A DNA stretch of 64,000 nucleotides from an uncultured Gammaproteobacteria bacterium (GTDB lineage: Bacteria > Patescibacteriota > Patescibacteriia > UBA9934 > GWF2-40-263): contig CAZIDX010000001.1 of NCBI GenBank assembly GCA_964538435.1, forward strand, positions 139,304-203,303. Direction: 5' to 3'. Below the pieces are notes generated by a model. It saw only the letters and a list, made by a program, of their open reading frames with translations. It did not search any database and was not told where the DNA came from. This document shows positions 10,527 through 19,448 of the stretch, in pieces. The position numbers and the translations under genes are program-made. The stretch's first letter is position 1, and every line of letters begins with the position of its first letter.

Positions 10527-11093
10527 TTATGCGTTAAACATGGATTGATAAACCTCAATGAGCGATTGCTCACGAACCCGTTCCATAATGGTTTCAAAAC
10601 GGAAGTCGCGATCAATCGACTTACTCTGAAAGACAAACCCACCCACTGTCTCAATCGCGTCAGTAGAAATACTTGCTTTACAACCTGCCTTTTTCGCAGC
10701 TGCCGCAAGTTCAGCATGACGCTCTTTTGATGTAAGGAGCTCCCCTTCCTCGTCCTTGATTGACGAGAGCAACGTCTCAAGCAAGGCTTCATACTCACCC
10801 TTAGGAAGCTTTGCAACTTCCTCAAGAGCATCTGCATACACACTGTCAAGCTGAGCCTGTTTTGTACCAAGAAGCTTCGCGTTTACTTTTTCACGAATCT
10901 TAAACTTAGCCTGAGCAAGCTTTGAGTCAGTGTACCGTTCAATATCTTTAAGAAGACGCTCCTTTTCTTCACCTAAACGAACTTTCCACTCTTTTTCAAG
11001 AGCGGCTAGTTCATCTGAAGAACGCTTCTCAATGACTTTGATTTCATCGGCAGCCTTGTCCTTGATGTACTGTTGAATATCGTCAAAAGCCAT
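10527..11093 (-). CDS. ntpE: V/A-type ATPase subunit E
   Basis: Coiled-coil N-terminus, GGFVF..DFRFE; lies between K and C. Confidence 0.8.
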   Translation of the reverse strand: MAFDDIQQYIKDKAADEIKVIEKRSSDELAALEKEWKVRLGEEKERLLKDIERYTDSKLAQAKFKIREKVNAKLLGTKQAQLDSVYADALEEVAKLPKGEYEALLETLLSSIKDEEGELLTSKERHAELAAAAKKAGCKASISTDAIETVGGFVFQSKSIDRDFRFETIMERVREQSLIEVYQSMFNA

Positions 11094-11098
11094 AGCTT

Positions 11099-11572
11099 TT
11101 AGACTGCAATACTAGTAACAAGCAAGATGGTGATAAGAAGTCCAAGCACAGCATAGGTCTCAACCATCGCTGAAAGAATGATTGCCTTACCAGACTCACC
11201 TGGCTTCTTAGCTACAACCCCCATACCCGCAGCTGATACACGCCCCTGAAGAAGTCCAGAAACAAGACCAGTAATTGCGATTGGAAGTGCTGCAAAGAAA
11301 ATCTGCCAACCAACTGAAGTTGAGATGGTTGCGATTTCTCCTCCGAGAAGACCGATCTTCTGAAGGATCATGATGGCAGCCAAGAATCCATAAATTCCCT
11401 GCGTACCAGGAAGCGCTTCAAGAAGAAGAGCTTTACCGAACTTGTCTGGATCTTCAGACACAACACCGCTTGCAGCTTGACCAGCAGCCCCCATTCCGAG
11501 TGCTGAACCAGCTCCTGCAAGACCAACGGCGAGAGCGGCACCAAATACCGCGAGTGCAATTCCCATTTCCAT
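11099..11572 (-). CDS. ntpK: V/A-type ATPase proteolipid subunit K (4 TM)
   Basis: GSALG, EDPDKFGK, LPGTQGIYG, SGLLQG, MVETYA. Confidence 0.95.
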   Translation of the reverse strand: MEMGIALAVFGAALAVGLAGAGSALGMGAAGQAASGVVSEDPDKFGKALLLEALPGTQGIYGFLAAIMILQKIGLLGGEIATISTSVGWQIFFAALPIAITGLVSGLLQGRVSAAGMGVVAKKPGESGKAIILSAMVETYAVLGLLITILLVTSIAV

Positions 11573-11607
11573 AGTTTTGAATAACGATTAACGTTTATGA
11601 TTAGTGA

Positions 11608-13575
11608 TTAGATTTGTTCAGGTGACGAAATGTACTTCGTCGTTTTGACTAAAGGTTTAAACTTACGCCCTCCACCCACAAGGAATTTCGGAAAGTACTC
11701 AACATACTGAAGACGTCCTGAGTGGATAAAGGCTCCAAGAACGTTGATGGCCAGGTTGAACAGATGCCCTCCAACAATGATCAGAATCCAGACGAGCCAT
11801 CCAACATACGGCACCATTCCTGCAAAGAGATCTGCAACCAGATTAACAACCATAGCAATAATTCCAGTAGACAGACCTAGCGCCAGAAGACGTGAATACG
11901 AGAGAATATCTGAGAGGTATCCCACAAGCCCATAAAGGCTCGCTACTCCACCAAACAACTTTCCAATCAAGCTCTTCTTTTCATAGCCCTGCGTCAGAAT
12001 CATGGCTCCAATTCCTGCAAACAAGAGATACTTTGCAGGCTCACCCATACTCTCTGGAAGCACACCGGCTGCGGTCGCAATCCAGAGTCCAATGATGAGT
12101 AGGAATAATGTCCACATTCCACCGGTCATAAGCCCCTCCTTTGCAGCGCCATGCTTAATCTTCCAAACCATGTTCACCACATTTCCTGCAAGCATCTGGA
12201 TGTAACCCAGAATAAATGACAGGACCAGCACGTTCATTGGGTTCTCAACCGGATCGATCAGTCGTACAGACATGACGAAATCCTTAATCTGTCCTTCTGG
12301 CAAGTCTGCAATCACGACACCGAACCATCCACCGAACAATGCCCCGATAATGAAGGTTGCAATACCTCCAAGAAGCATTAAGTTGATAAGCTTCTTTGCT
12401 CCACCCCTTGGCTTCATGATCTTCAGCGCAGCATACGAGAGAATCGCTAGAAGCAATCCGTATCCAGCATCTGTCAAACAAAGCCCAAAGTAGAGAATAA
12501 AGAACGGTGCGAGGTAAATCGTTGGGTCTGGCTCATCTGATTGCGGGGCTCCGTAAATTTCTGTTACTGACTCAAATGGAGTCACAATGGCTTTGTTTTT
12601 CAAAACCACAGGAACATTTTCCTCTTCATCAACCTCTACTTGATCAATAACGTATTGACTGGTAATGCCCTTAATCTCTTTCTCAATATCTTCAAGCTGA
12701 TGATCAGGAACCCATCCCAATAGACTCACGGTTTGTTTTGTGGCCAAAGCCTTCTTTGCAGCCTCGTCCTGCTCTTTCTTCCAAGTCAAATAGTCGTACA
12801 AGACTTCGAAATTCTTAATCTCAGATCCAAACTTTTGAATATCCTTCTTTGCCGTCGCAAGTTTCTTTGTATCTACTTCAATTGCTTTCTCAAGCTGCTT
12901 GATTCGTTTTTCAATACTCACCCCCTCTTCTAGCTCAAACTCTACGGTTTTAAAATCAAACTCCTCAAACACCGTACTTACTTTCTCGTCTAGATCCTTT
13001 GCGTAGCTAAGAACCACTTTCACCTCCTTGTTGCTCTCGTCTACGCGTACAAGCTCCGTAAGCTTTAGCTTATCCCACTCCTCAACGAACTCCTGATAAC
13101 GAGTTACAGGCACAGTCCCCACAAGGAACATGACATACTTTCGATCAAGACCTTCGATTTGTGGCAAAGCCTTCCACTCCTGCAAGAACTTCTTTTCCTT
13201 CTTATCCTGACTGATCGTATTCTTTACAGCATTGTAATCCTTATCAAGATCCTCAAGTGTTTTGATGATCTTTTTATACTCAAAAGTCTTGAGCAGCTTC
13301 TCAATCCCCTTCTCATCAATTTCAGTGCGACCACTCTGAAGCTTTTGTATAAACGACTGCTTCTCTGGCACAACCATCTCATTGAGCAGATCAAGAGCAA
13401 ATTTCGTATTTGTCTGCCAATACTCAGCATTTGAGTCTGGCTTGTAGAGCACAACATCTTCACTTCCAATAGTCTCCACCTCAACAGCACCGCTCGTATG
13501 CAAAACATTAATTACGTCATCAAACGTATCTTTTACAACAGTAAGCTGAATCTTCGCCATCTTACTGACTGACAT
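11608..13575 (-). CDS. ntpI: V/A-type ATPase subunit I (a)
   Basis: EPDPT, FGLCLTDAGYG, SDILSYSRLLALGL, HSGRLQYVEYF. Confidence 0.95.
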   Translation of the reverse strand: MSVSKMAKIQLTVVKDTFDDVINVLHTSGAVEVETIGSEDVVLYKPDSNAEYWQTNTKFALDLLNEMVVPEKQSFIQKLQSGRTEIDEKGIEKLLKTFEYKKIIKTLEDLDKDYNAVKNTISQDKKEKKFLQEWKALPQIEGLDRKYVMFLVGTVPVTRYQEFVEEWDKLKLTELVRVDESNKEVKVVLSYAKDLDEKVSTVFEEFDFKTVEFELEEGVSIEKRIKQLEKAIEVDTKKLATAKKDIQKFGSEIKNFEVLYDYLTWKKEQDEAAKKALATKQTVSLLGWVPDHQLEDIEKEIKGITSQYVIDQVEVDEEENVPVVLKNKAIVTPFESVTEIYGAPQSDEPDPTIYLAPFFILYFGLCLTDAGYGLLLAILSYAALKIMKPRGGAKKLINLMLLGGIATFIIGALFGGWFGVVIADLPEGQIKDFVMSVRLIDPVENPMNVLVLSFILGYIQMLAGNVVNMVWKIKHGAAKEGLMTGGMWTLFLLIIGLWIATAAGVLPESMGEPAKYLLFAGIGAMILTQGYEKKSLIGKLFGGVASLYGLVGYLSDILSYSRLLALGLSTGIIAMVVNLVADLFAGMVPYVGWLVWILIIVGGHLFNLAINVLGAFIHSGRLQYVEYFPKFLVGGGRKFKPLVKTTKYISSPEQI

Positions 13576-13885
13576 AGGCTTTGAACTGTTTGATTACAAG
13601 ATCCTTAGCTTTCTTCACCTTGTCATCAGCTCCCTTAGCAATCTGATCCACATCTGACTTAAGCTGCTTCACCATGACATCTTTTTGCGCAGCAACTTCT
13701 GTCTGCACCTTCTCAGAAGCTTTTTTCCGATCACCACCAAGAGTTTCGGACAATTTATCAAACTCTTCCTGGTACTTATGATCAAGATCAGCCTTTGCTT
13801 TCTTTGCTTTTTCCAAAGCCTTAGCAATCGCTTTCTCAGCTGCCTCTTCTTCTTTCTGAATGTTCGCAATAGTTTGAGTGCTCAT
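13562..13885 (-). CDS. V/A-type ATPase subunit G/H (NtpF)
   Basis: 107 aa charged coiled coil heading the operon. Confidence 0.75.
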   Translation of the reverse strand: MSTQTIANIQKEEEAAEKAIAKALEKAKKAKADLDHKYQEEFDKLSETLGGDRKKASEKVQTEVAAQKDVMVKQLKSDVDQIAKGADDKVKKAKDLVIKQFKAYVSQ

Positions 13886-14093
13886 AGATAATTTTTACAA
13901 ACAAAAACAACCCTTATATATGTCTGAGGACAATGTAATGTCTTTGGGCCTTGTGGATAAAAGTGGCCCTAATCGTGTCGTCATCCATGTAGTTTGGGTC
14001 GTCTGGTCATTTCGTTAACCGATTGGTCATTTTCCATCGGTTTCCAGATCACCAGACAACCATAATTAGCTAAAAAAACGAATTTTCGCCCAT

Positions 14094-14122
14094 AGTATAA
14101 CTTCACTTCACAATTCGGTCAA
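14094..14122 (-). promoter_or_regulatory. Sigma70 promoter of the V-ATPase operon
   Basis: Minus strand TTGACC-17 nt-TATACT. Confidence 0.7.
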
Positions 14123-14198
14123 CCCTGATTTTTCATTTTTAAAACACCCTCACCAAACCCCTAACCAACAAAAACCTCAACCACGACCACTTCCCAAA

Positions 14199-14236
14199 GA
14201 TACCACTTAAGGTCCGATCGGCACTTAAATGGTATC
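14199..14236. repeat. Palindromic site / left copy of 27-bp inverted repeat
   Basis: GATACCACTTAAG GTCCGATCGGCA CTTAAATGGTATC; 14199-14225 is the exact reverse complement of 14772-14798. Confidence 0.9.
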
Positions 14237-14768
14237 AATGTCTTTTTGCTGTATACACACGGACCCAATCTTGATTTCCAACACCTTCAAAGAATTGTGA
14301 CAATGCATCTCCTGCATCAAACCTCGATACCCATACACTTCTCTGAATACAGAAAAAACCAGCCTCCTTAAGAAATTCACGTATATTTTTTCGTAAACCT
14401 CTTTTTGATTCTGGAATATCGAAAACCACCACACAATCTTCTTCTTCGGACAATTCTTCAGCAGCACAAATCTCGAGCTTGAGAGCCTCCAGTCTCCCTA
14501 GATCAGTTAAAGTTATTTCATACTTATCGGCAATTTTATTAATCTTAACCATCTTCTTTTTCTCAAGCCTTCTTAGCTCCCGTCTCTGCAGTTGTTTTTC
14601 TCTTGCATTTCGTATTTCAATCGCACCCTCCAAGCCGTACCTAAAAGCCAATCCTGGCTGATGAAGGTTTTCAAACAATAAATCTGTCGAATGATTGAGT
14701 TGCATCAAAATATCTGATGCTCTTGAAAGATATTGAATTCTTCTTTTTGTTTCTTTGTTAGAGGTCAT
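14235..14768 (-). CDS. PaaX-like protein: winged-HTH plus Cas2-like ferredoxin domain
   Basis: RRELRRLEKKKMV..YEITLTDLG (wHTH wing); VVVFDIPESKRGLR..LKEAGFFCIQRSVW (PaaX central / Cas2-like motif). Confidence 0.8.
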   Translation of the reverse strand: MTSNKETKRRIQYLSRASDILMQLNHSTDLLFENLHQPGLAFRYGLEGAIEIRNAREKQLQRRELRRLEKKKMVKINKIADKYEITLTDLGRLEALKLEICAAEELSEEEDCVVVFDIPESKRGLRKNIREFLKEAGFFCIQRSVWVSRFDAGDALSQFFEGVGNQDWVRVYTAKRH

Positions 14769-14771
14769 ATG

Positions 14772-14798
14772 AGTGCCGATCGGACCTTAAGTGGTATC
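14772..14798. repeat. Right copy of 27-bp inverted repeat
   Basis: AGTGCCGATCGGACCTTAAGTGGTATC, 3 nt upstream of the ATG of the PaaX-like gene. Confidence 0.9.
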
Positions 14799-14975
14799 AA
14801 TATGGTAGCAATTTTAACTGCTTCAAAACTCGCTATCTGTCAAGGGTTCCGTCTAGACTCTTCTTGAAAACCTAAAATACCGCGTCAAAACACCAAAAAC
14901 GAAAGACGCCCTAGTGAGTTCCTGCTGGCTGCGTGCCAGAGAACCCACCGGGCGTCTCGTTGACCTGCTGGAGGT

Positions 14976-16013
14976 CTAGTTGTCTTCGTTTTCCGACTCC
15001 GAGTAGAATCCGGTCACGAAGTTGGCCTGGAACCAATCAGGGTCTGATCGGTCACGACCCAATTCGAGCTCCTCAACGCATCGATAGAGCATCTCGCCGA
15101 AGTCAATGTCCGGCTGGCCGCTACCCGATTTCCCGTCGCGGTAGAGGTTAGCATACACCTTCCACTGTTCGAGTCGGTCTGCACCTTGCTGAGCCAGCGC
15201 AGGACTGCGGTTACGCGACCAGCGAACTGCGACCAGCAGATCCTGATACAAACGCCTCCACCGAGGTGTACGAAGCACGGCTTTTGCGCGGTCCGTGATG
15301 GCGCGTTTGCGAACCGGCGGAGCCGTCCCAGCAACGTGATCATCACCGTCACCGTGCCTGCGCGAACCAGGCTTTCTTTCCGGCTCCGGCTTCGGCTTCG
15401 GCTCAGGTTCGGGCTCCGGCTCCGGTTTCGGTTTCGGTTTCGGCTCCGGCTCCGGTTTCGGCTCGGGCTCCGGCACAGGTTCGGGCTCCGGCTCAGGTTC
15501 GGGCTCGTCAGACACCACCTTTCTGTCTCTCACCGAACTCAGATCCAGACCTTCGAAAAGATCTACCCGCTTGACCGGCTCGGCATCGTGCATCATGTCC
15601 GCGTCAGTGCCACCAAACGGATCATCTACTTCCTCGTCTGAACCATCACCGTCTCCGGCCTCTGGCTCATCCTTACTCTCTTCGTCGGGTGGTTCTGTCG
15701 GCTCAGGTTCGGGCTCCGGCTCCGGTTTCGGCTCCGGTTCCTCCTCTTCTTCACCCTCCTGCTCAGCCGCACGCAACTTCCCCCACAAATCAATACGGGG
15801 GTCATCTGCATGAGCCTTGATGTACTCGGCCGGATTGTCGTGGAAATCCATGGACTCGTTCCATGCCTCCGCAACACCCAATGCCTCAGCCATGTCCTCA
15901 CCGTCGATCCCATCCTCGTCATCGAGATAGGTGTCGACATGCTCCTCAGTAGCAATGTCGGGATCATCCCCAAACAAAGCCTGAAGGGCATCTTCGAAGC
16001 TGTATTCGGCCAT
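14976..16013 (-). CDS. Hypothetical acidic protein with Pro-Glu/Pro-Lys linkers
   Basis: Start MAEYSF after GGAGGG; (PE/PK)n tracts at about 15378-15505 and 15700-15740. Confidence 0.75.
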   Translation of the reverse strand: MAEYSFEDALQALFGDDPDIATEEHVDTYLDDEDGIDGEDMAEALGVAEAWNESMDFHDNPAEYIKAHADDPRIDLWGKLRAAEQEGEEEEEPEPKPEPEPEPEPTEPPDEESKDEPEAGDGDGSDEEVDDPFGGTDADMMHDAEPVKRVDLFEGLDLSSVRDRKVVSDEPEPEPEPEPVPEPEPKPEPEPKPKPKPEPEPEPEPKPKPEPERKPGSRRHGDGDDHVAGTAPPVRKRAITDRAKAVLRTPRWRRLYQDLLVAVRWSRNRSPALAQQGADRLEQWKVYANLYRDGKSGSGQPDIDFGEMLYRCVEELELGRDRSDPDWFQANFVTGFYSESENEDN

Positions 16014-16056
16014 TGGGCCCTCCGTTGTGTGTGGTTTGACAGCCAAAATCGTCATC

Positions 16057-16241
16057 AAGGACGACTTGGGCAACCGTGCAAGATAACACAAATTGACCCT
16101 TTTGTCAACAAAATGAGACAAGATTTGCTTGTTATCTTACTAAATGTTGTTAACTCTCAACATATATGCCAATCACGGTTGACAAAATCTCCATTTTCTG
16201 GTATTCTGCGCCTCTGGCACTAACATGCCCAAGTCGTCCTT
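16057..16241. promoter_or_regulatory. Back-to-back sigma70 promoters bracketed by a 16-bp inverted repeat
   Basis: Minus: TTGACA-17-TATCTT; plus: TTGACA-17-TATTCT; AAGGACGACTTGGGCA (16057-72) and TGCCCAAGTCGTCCTT (16226-41). Confidence 0.75.
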
Positions 16242-16358
16242 TTTACCAAAAACAGTCTTGGCAAAAGTGTCTTTATAGACATTTCTGCCGAGACTGTTTC
16301 CCAACCCTCAATCAGCGTGTCTCTCGGAGCGCTGCACCCGACCCTAAGGAGGTCAAAC

Positions 16359-18098
16359 ATGGCAACTCAGAACCCACTCGTTCGCGACTCCAGCACCGGG
16401 CGTTTCATCGCCATCGTCGACGACATCGTCCTGCTCATGGCTCATCAGGAACCCGACTTCAATCGCAACCGCGGCAAGGCCATCAAGCGTGTTCGTGCGC
16501 GCATGATCATGGACCCCAAGAACGACAAGCTGCCGATCCGCGACGAGGTCGACTTCCGTCCGGTCCCGGGCGCGAACGCCTCCGGCTTCACCATCTCCTT
16601 CAACGAGAAGGGCATCCCCTTCGTAGACCCCTGCAAGACCATGGGTCTGCGCGCCGAGGCCATGCTGCCCGGCAAGGACGGCAACCTCGTGGAGACCTCG
16701 GTCCGCCCCGCCTTCGTGTGCGACGGCCTGTCCGGGTTCATCCCGTACGTGCAGCGCATCAAGGCCAAGGATGCCCAGGGTGAGCCCGGCACCGACGGCT
16801 ACAAGCCGGCCGTGCACACCTGGACCTCCACCGGCAAGATGCCCTGCATCTTCTTCCAGCCCCCGATCAAGAAGGGCAAGAAGGCCCCGCCGCCCGTGGC
16901 CGTTCCCCTGGGCCTGGCGCGTCCGTTCCTACTGGATGCCTGGAAGACCCTGGTCGAGCACCCGGATCGCCAGCACGCCACCCGCAAGCTCTTCGTGATC
17001 GAGCCGATCGCGAACAACCTGCGTGGCAACAAGCGCCACCTGGTCTTCACCCCGCGCGGCAACCCCTACACCCCGGTGTGGTACAACAAGAGCGCGGACA
17101 AGCTCCGCGATGCGCTCAAGCGCAAGCTCAACGGCGAAGCCAACGTGGTCATCCCCAGCCCGGATGGTCAGGTCCTGACCCACCTCTTCGGTAAGGTCGT
17201 GACCCCGATCACGCACAAGACCGAGACCCCGGTCGAGTACGACCTGCCCGGTGGCAAGACCGGCTGCGTCCCCTGCGTGTTCCGCATCCAGGAGCAGAGC
17301 GGTGTGGTCAAGGCCATCTACAAGGGTGAGAAGCGCCACATGGGCAACCTGGTCGCACAGGACCTGAGCTTGGACGACCTCGAGTTCAACGCGCTCACGG
17401 CCCTGGGCCTGACCATGGAGACGGCCATGACCGGCCGTGCTCTGCGCAAGCTCAAGAACAAGCTCCTGCGCGGCCCCCAGGACCAGACCAACCCCCTGTA
17501 CATGCAGGCGGTCGAGTCCTCGGGTCTCGAGCCCGGCCACCACAAGGCACAGGCCAGTGGCCCCATGCGCTTCATCGCTGACTCCGCGGTCGAGCAGGTC
17601 GAGACTCAGCTCAACGAGGAGATCAACCTGATCGCCGGCAAGCTGATCATGCCCGGTCACCGCGACAAGCCCGAACTGGTGACGCTCCTCGGCGAACTGG
17701 ACGGCACCAAGCTTCGCGAGGCCGCGTTCCAGCGCGAGGGTGCCTGCATCCTGGCCACCTGGGTCGCCAAGACCCAGAACTGGGACGAGTTCAGCTGGGG
17801 CTCCGAGCTGCACCGCCGCGTGCGCTACAAGGTCCTCATGAGCCTGGCCAAGGCCGCCGACCTCAAGATGGCCCCCAAGCCCAAGCCCAAGCCCGCCCCG
17901 GAGCCCACCAACGGTTCCGGCTCCGCGGATCAGGGCTCCGAGGGTGGCTCCAACACGCCCAAGGACGGTGGCAATCAGAAGGCCGCCAGCGACTCCGAGG
18001 CCCCGGCCGAGGAGACCCCTCGCGAGCGCAAGAACCGTCTCGCCCGCGAGCGCCGCGCCAAGGCCAAGGCCAAGAAGCTGGCCGAAGAGAGTGCTTAG
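16359..18098 (+). CDS. Large GC-rich hypothetical protein with basic, low-complexity C-terminal tail
   Basis: AAGGAGG SD; strongly G/C-ending codons; no recognisable motif. Confidence 0.8.
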   Translation: MATQNPLVRDSSTGRFIAIVDDIVLLMAHQEPDFNRNRGKAIKRVRARMIMDPKNDKLPIRDEVDFRPVPGANASGFTISFNEKGIPFVDPCKTMGLRAEAMLPGKDGNLVETSVRPAFVCDGLSGFIPYVQRIKAKDAQGEPGTDGYKPAVHTWTSTGKMPCIFFQPPIKKGKKAPPPVAVPLGLARPFLLDAWKTLVEHPDRQHATRKLFVIEPIANNLRGNKRHLVFTPRGNPYTPVWYNKSADKLRDALKRKLNGEANVVIPSPDGQVLTHLFGKVVTPITHKTETPVEYDLPGGKTGCVPCVFRIQEQSGVVKAIYKGEKRHMGNLVAQDLSLDDLEFNALTALGLTMETAMTGRALRKLKNKLLRGPQDQTNPLYMQAVESSGLEPGHHKAQASGPMRFIADSAVEQVETQLNEEINLIAGKLIMPGHRDKPELVTLLGELDGTKLREAAFQREGACILATWVAKTQNWDEFSWGSELHRRVRYKVLMSLAKAADLKMAPKPKPKPAPEPTNGSGSADQGSEGGSNTPKDGGNQKAASDSEAPAEETPRERKNRLARERRAKAKAKKLAEESA

Positions 18099-18347
18099 CC
18101 CAGCGCCTAGCGCGCTACACCACCGACACCAAATCGGTGACGAAAGGCCCGGTGAGGACCTGGAAGACGAACGTGTCTCCCAGGCCCTCCCGGCGCCTTT
18201 TCTATTTCCCAACCAAAACCACACACACAACCGCAACCACAAGCACAAACACAAGCACAACCCCCATGGAGATGGCGACCTAAGGGGCTCAACGCCCCGC
18301 CAGGTCGCAGCCCCCACTACCCCACCTATAGGCCCAGGACGCCAAAC

Positions 18348-18449
18348 GGCCGTTCGAGGTGTTGTGAGAAAAATCACGAGGTGGTGGTCGTCTATCCTGC
18401 GAGACGGCCCGGCTCCGCCTCGTTATTTTTCTCACAACACCTCGTGGCC
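18348..18449 (+). repeat. Dispersed structured repeat, copy 2 (core 18380-18419)
   Basis: Core GGTGGTGGTCGTCTATCCTGCGAGACGGCCCGGCTCCGCC; 25-nt arms pair at 24/25 positions. Confidence 0.9.
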
Positions 18450-18555
18450 ACCCCAAGCCCCCATAGAAAGATCCGAGCAAGGTTCAAGCAAAGGCGCAAC
18501 CAATTAAAAGGAAAGGAAACAAAAAGAAAAAACCGGCACAGAGCCGGTCTTATTG

Positions 18556-19446
18556 TTAAACTGATAGCCGAAACAGATCCATAGTATTCTTTGCCGTCTG
18601 CTCCCAAACCTCCTCAAGTTCCTGCCGTTTCAACTTAGCAATCATCTCAGCAACCTCTCGAACATACACAGGCTCATTCCTTTTCCCCCGATATGGCACA
18701 GGCGTAATGTACGGAGAATCCGTCTCAATCAAGATTCGATCAAGCGGCACAGCTTTGACAATACGCTGAATAGGACTAAACCCCCTCTCATCAACCTCTT
18801 TCTTTTTCCCAGGAAACGTCACAATCCCAGTGAACCCAATCATGAAACCAAGATCCAAAAACCGCTGCACCTGCCCCTCAGTCCCGCCATAACAATGCAT
18901 CACCCCACGCCGACCAAGCTTCCCAGCATTTACATACTCCTCAATAAGCTCAGCCTGCTCATCATACGCATCACGACAATGAATGATTACAGGCAAATCC
19001 ATTTCAGTTGCTAAATCAAAATGCAATCTCACATTCTCCTCCTGCACACGCTTCATCTCATCAAGATCTACACCTTCTGGAACTCGATACCAATCTAGCC
19101 CAACCTCACCGATCGCAACACACTTAGGATGCTTTGCCAGCTCACGATACACATCAATATCAAATCGTTCTGAGCGAGTATGAATCTTTGGTGTCGCCTG
19201 CTCCTCTGGCGCAATCTCTTCCTCATCCCAAAACGACTGCTCAATCAAATGATTGGGATGAAGTCCAACCGTGGCCCACATTCCATAATGCCTTGAAGCC
19301 ACCTCAAGACCGTTTGCGCTTGTATCCTTTTGCGTCCCCACAGTAATCATAAAGACCCCTTTGTCCAGGGCCCTTTTGATCACCTCGTCCATGTCATCAC
19401 GGAACGCATTAAAATGCACGTGACAATGCGAATCGATCATCTTCAT
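18556..19446 (-). CDS. tatD: TatD-family DNase
   Basis: IDSHCH, GLHP, IGEVGLD, IIHCRDA, HCY, ETDSPY. Confidence 0.95.
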   Translation of the reverse strand: MKMIDSHCHVHFNAFRDDMDEVIKRALDKGVFMITVGTQKDTSANGLEVASRHYGMWATVGLHPNHLIEQSFWDEEEIAPEEQATPKIHTRSERFDIDVYRELAKHPKCVAIGEVGLDWYRVPEGVDLDEMKRVQEENVRLHFDLATEMDLPVIIHCRDAYDEQAELIEEYVNAGKLGRRGVMHCYGGTEGQVQRFLDLGFMIGFTGIVTFPGKKKEVDERGFSPIQRIVKAVPLDRILIETDSPYITPVPYRGKRNEPVYVREVAEMIAKLKRQELEEVWEQTAKNTMDLFRLSV

Positions 19447-19448
19447 AA

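Noticed and set aside
14235-14768. CRISPR-Cas locus suggested by the Cas2-like motif
   Set aside because: No cas1 or effector gene and no repeat-spacer array in the window; the protein has an N-terminal wHTH as in PaaX-like proteins.
15378-15740. 6-bp tandem repeats as a VNTR or CRISPR-like array
   Set aside because: They encode in-frame PE/PK linkers with synonymous variation.
16929-18377. 482-aa minus-strand ORF
   Set aside because: Antisense shadow of the GC-rich plus-strand gene, which has the SD, promoter and codon bias. The same applies to 1082-1714, 40002-40637, 50631-51404 and 63135-63857.
18380-18419. Repeat core as a tRNA fragment or known ribozyme
   Set aside because: No T-loop or anticodon arm, and no hammerhead, HDV or twister consensus that I could recognise.
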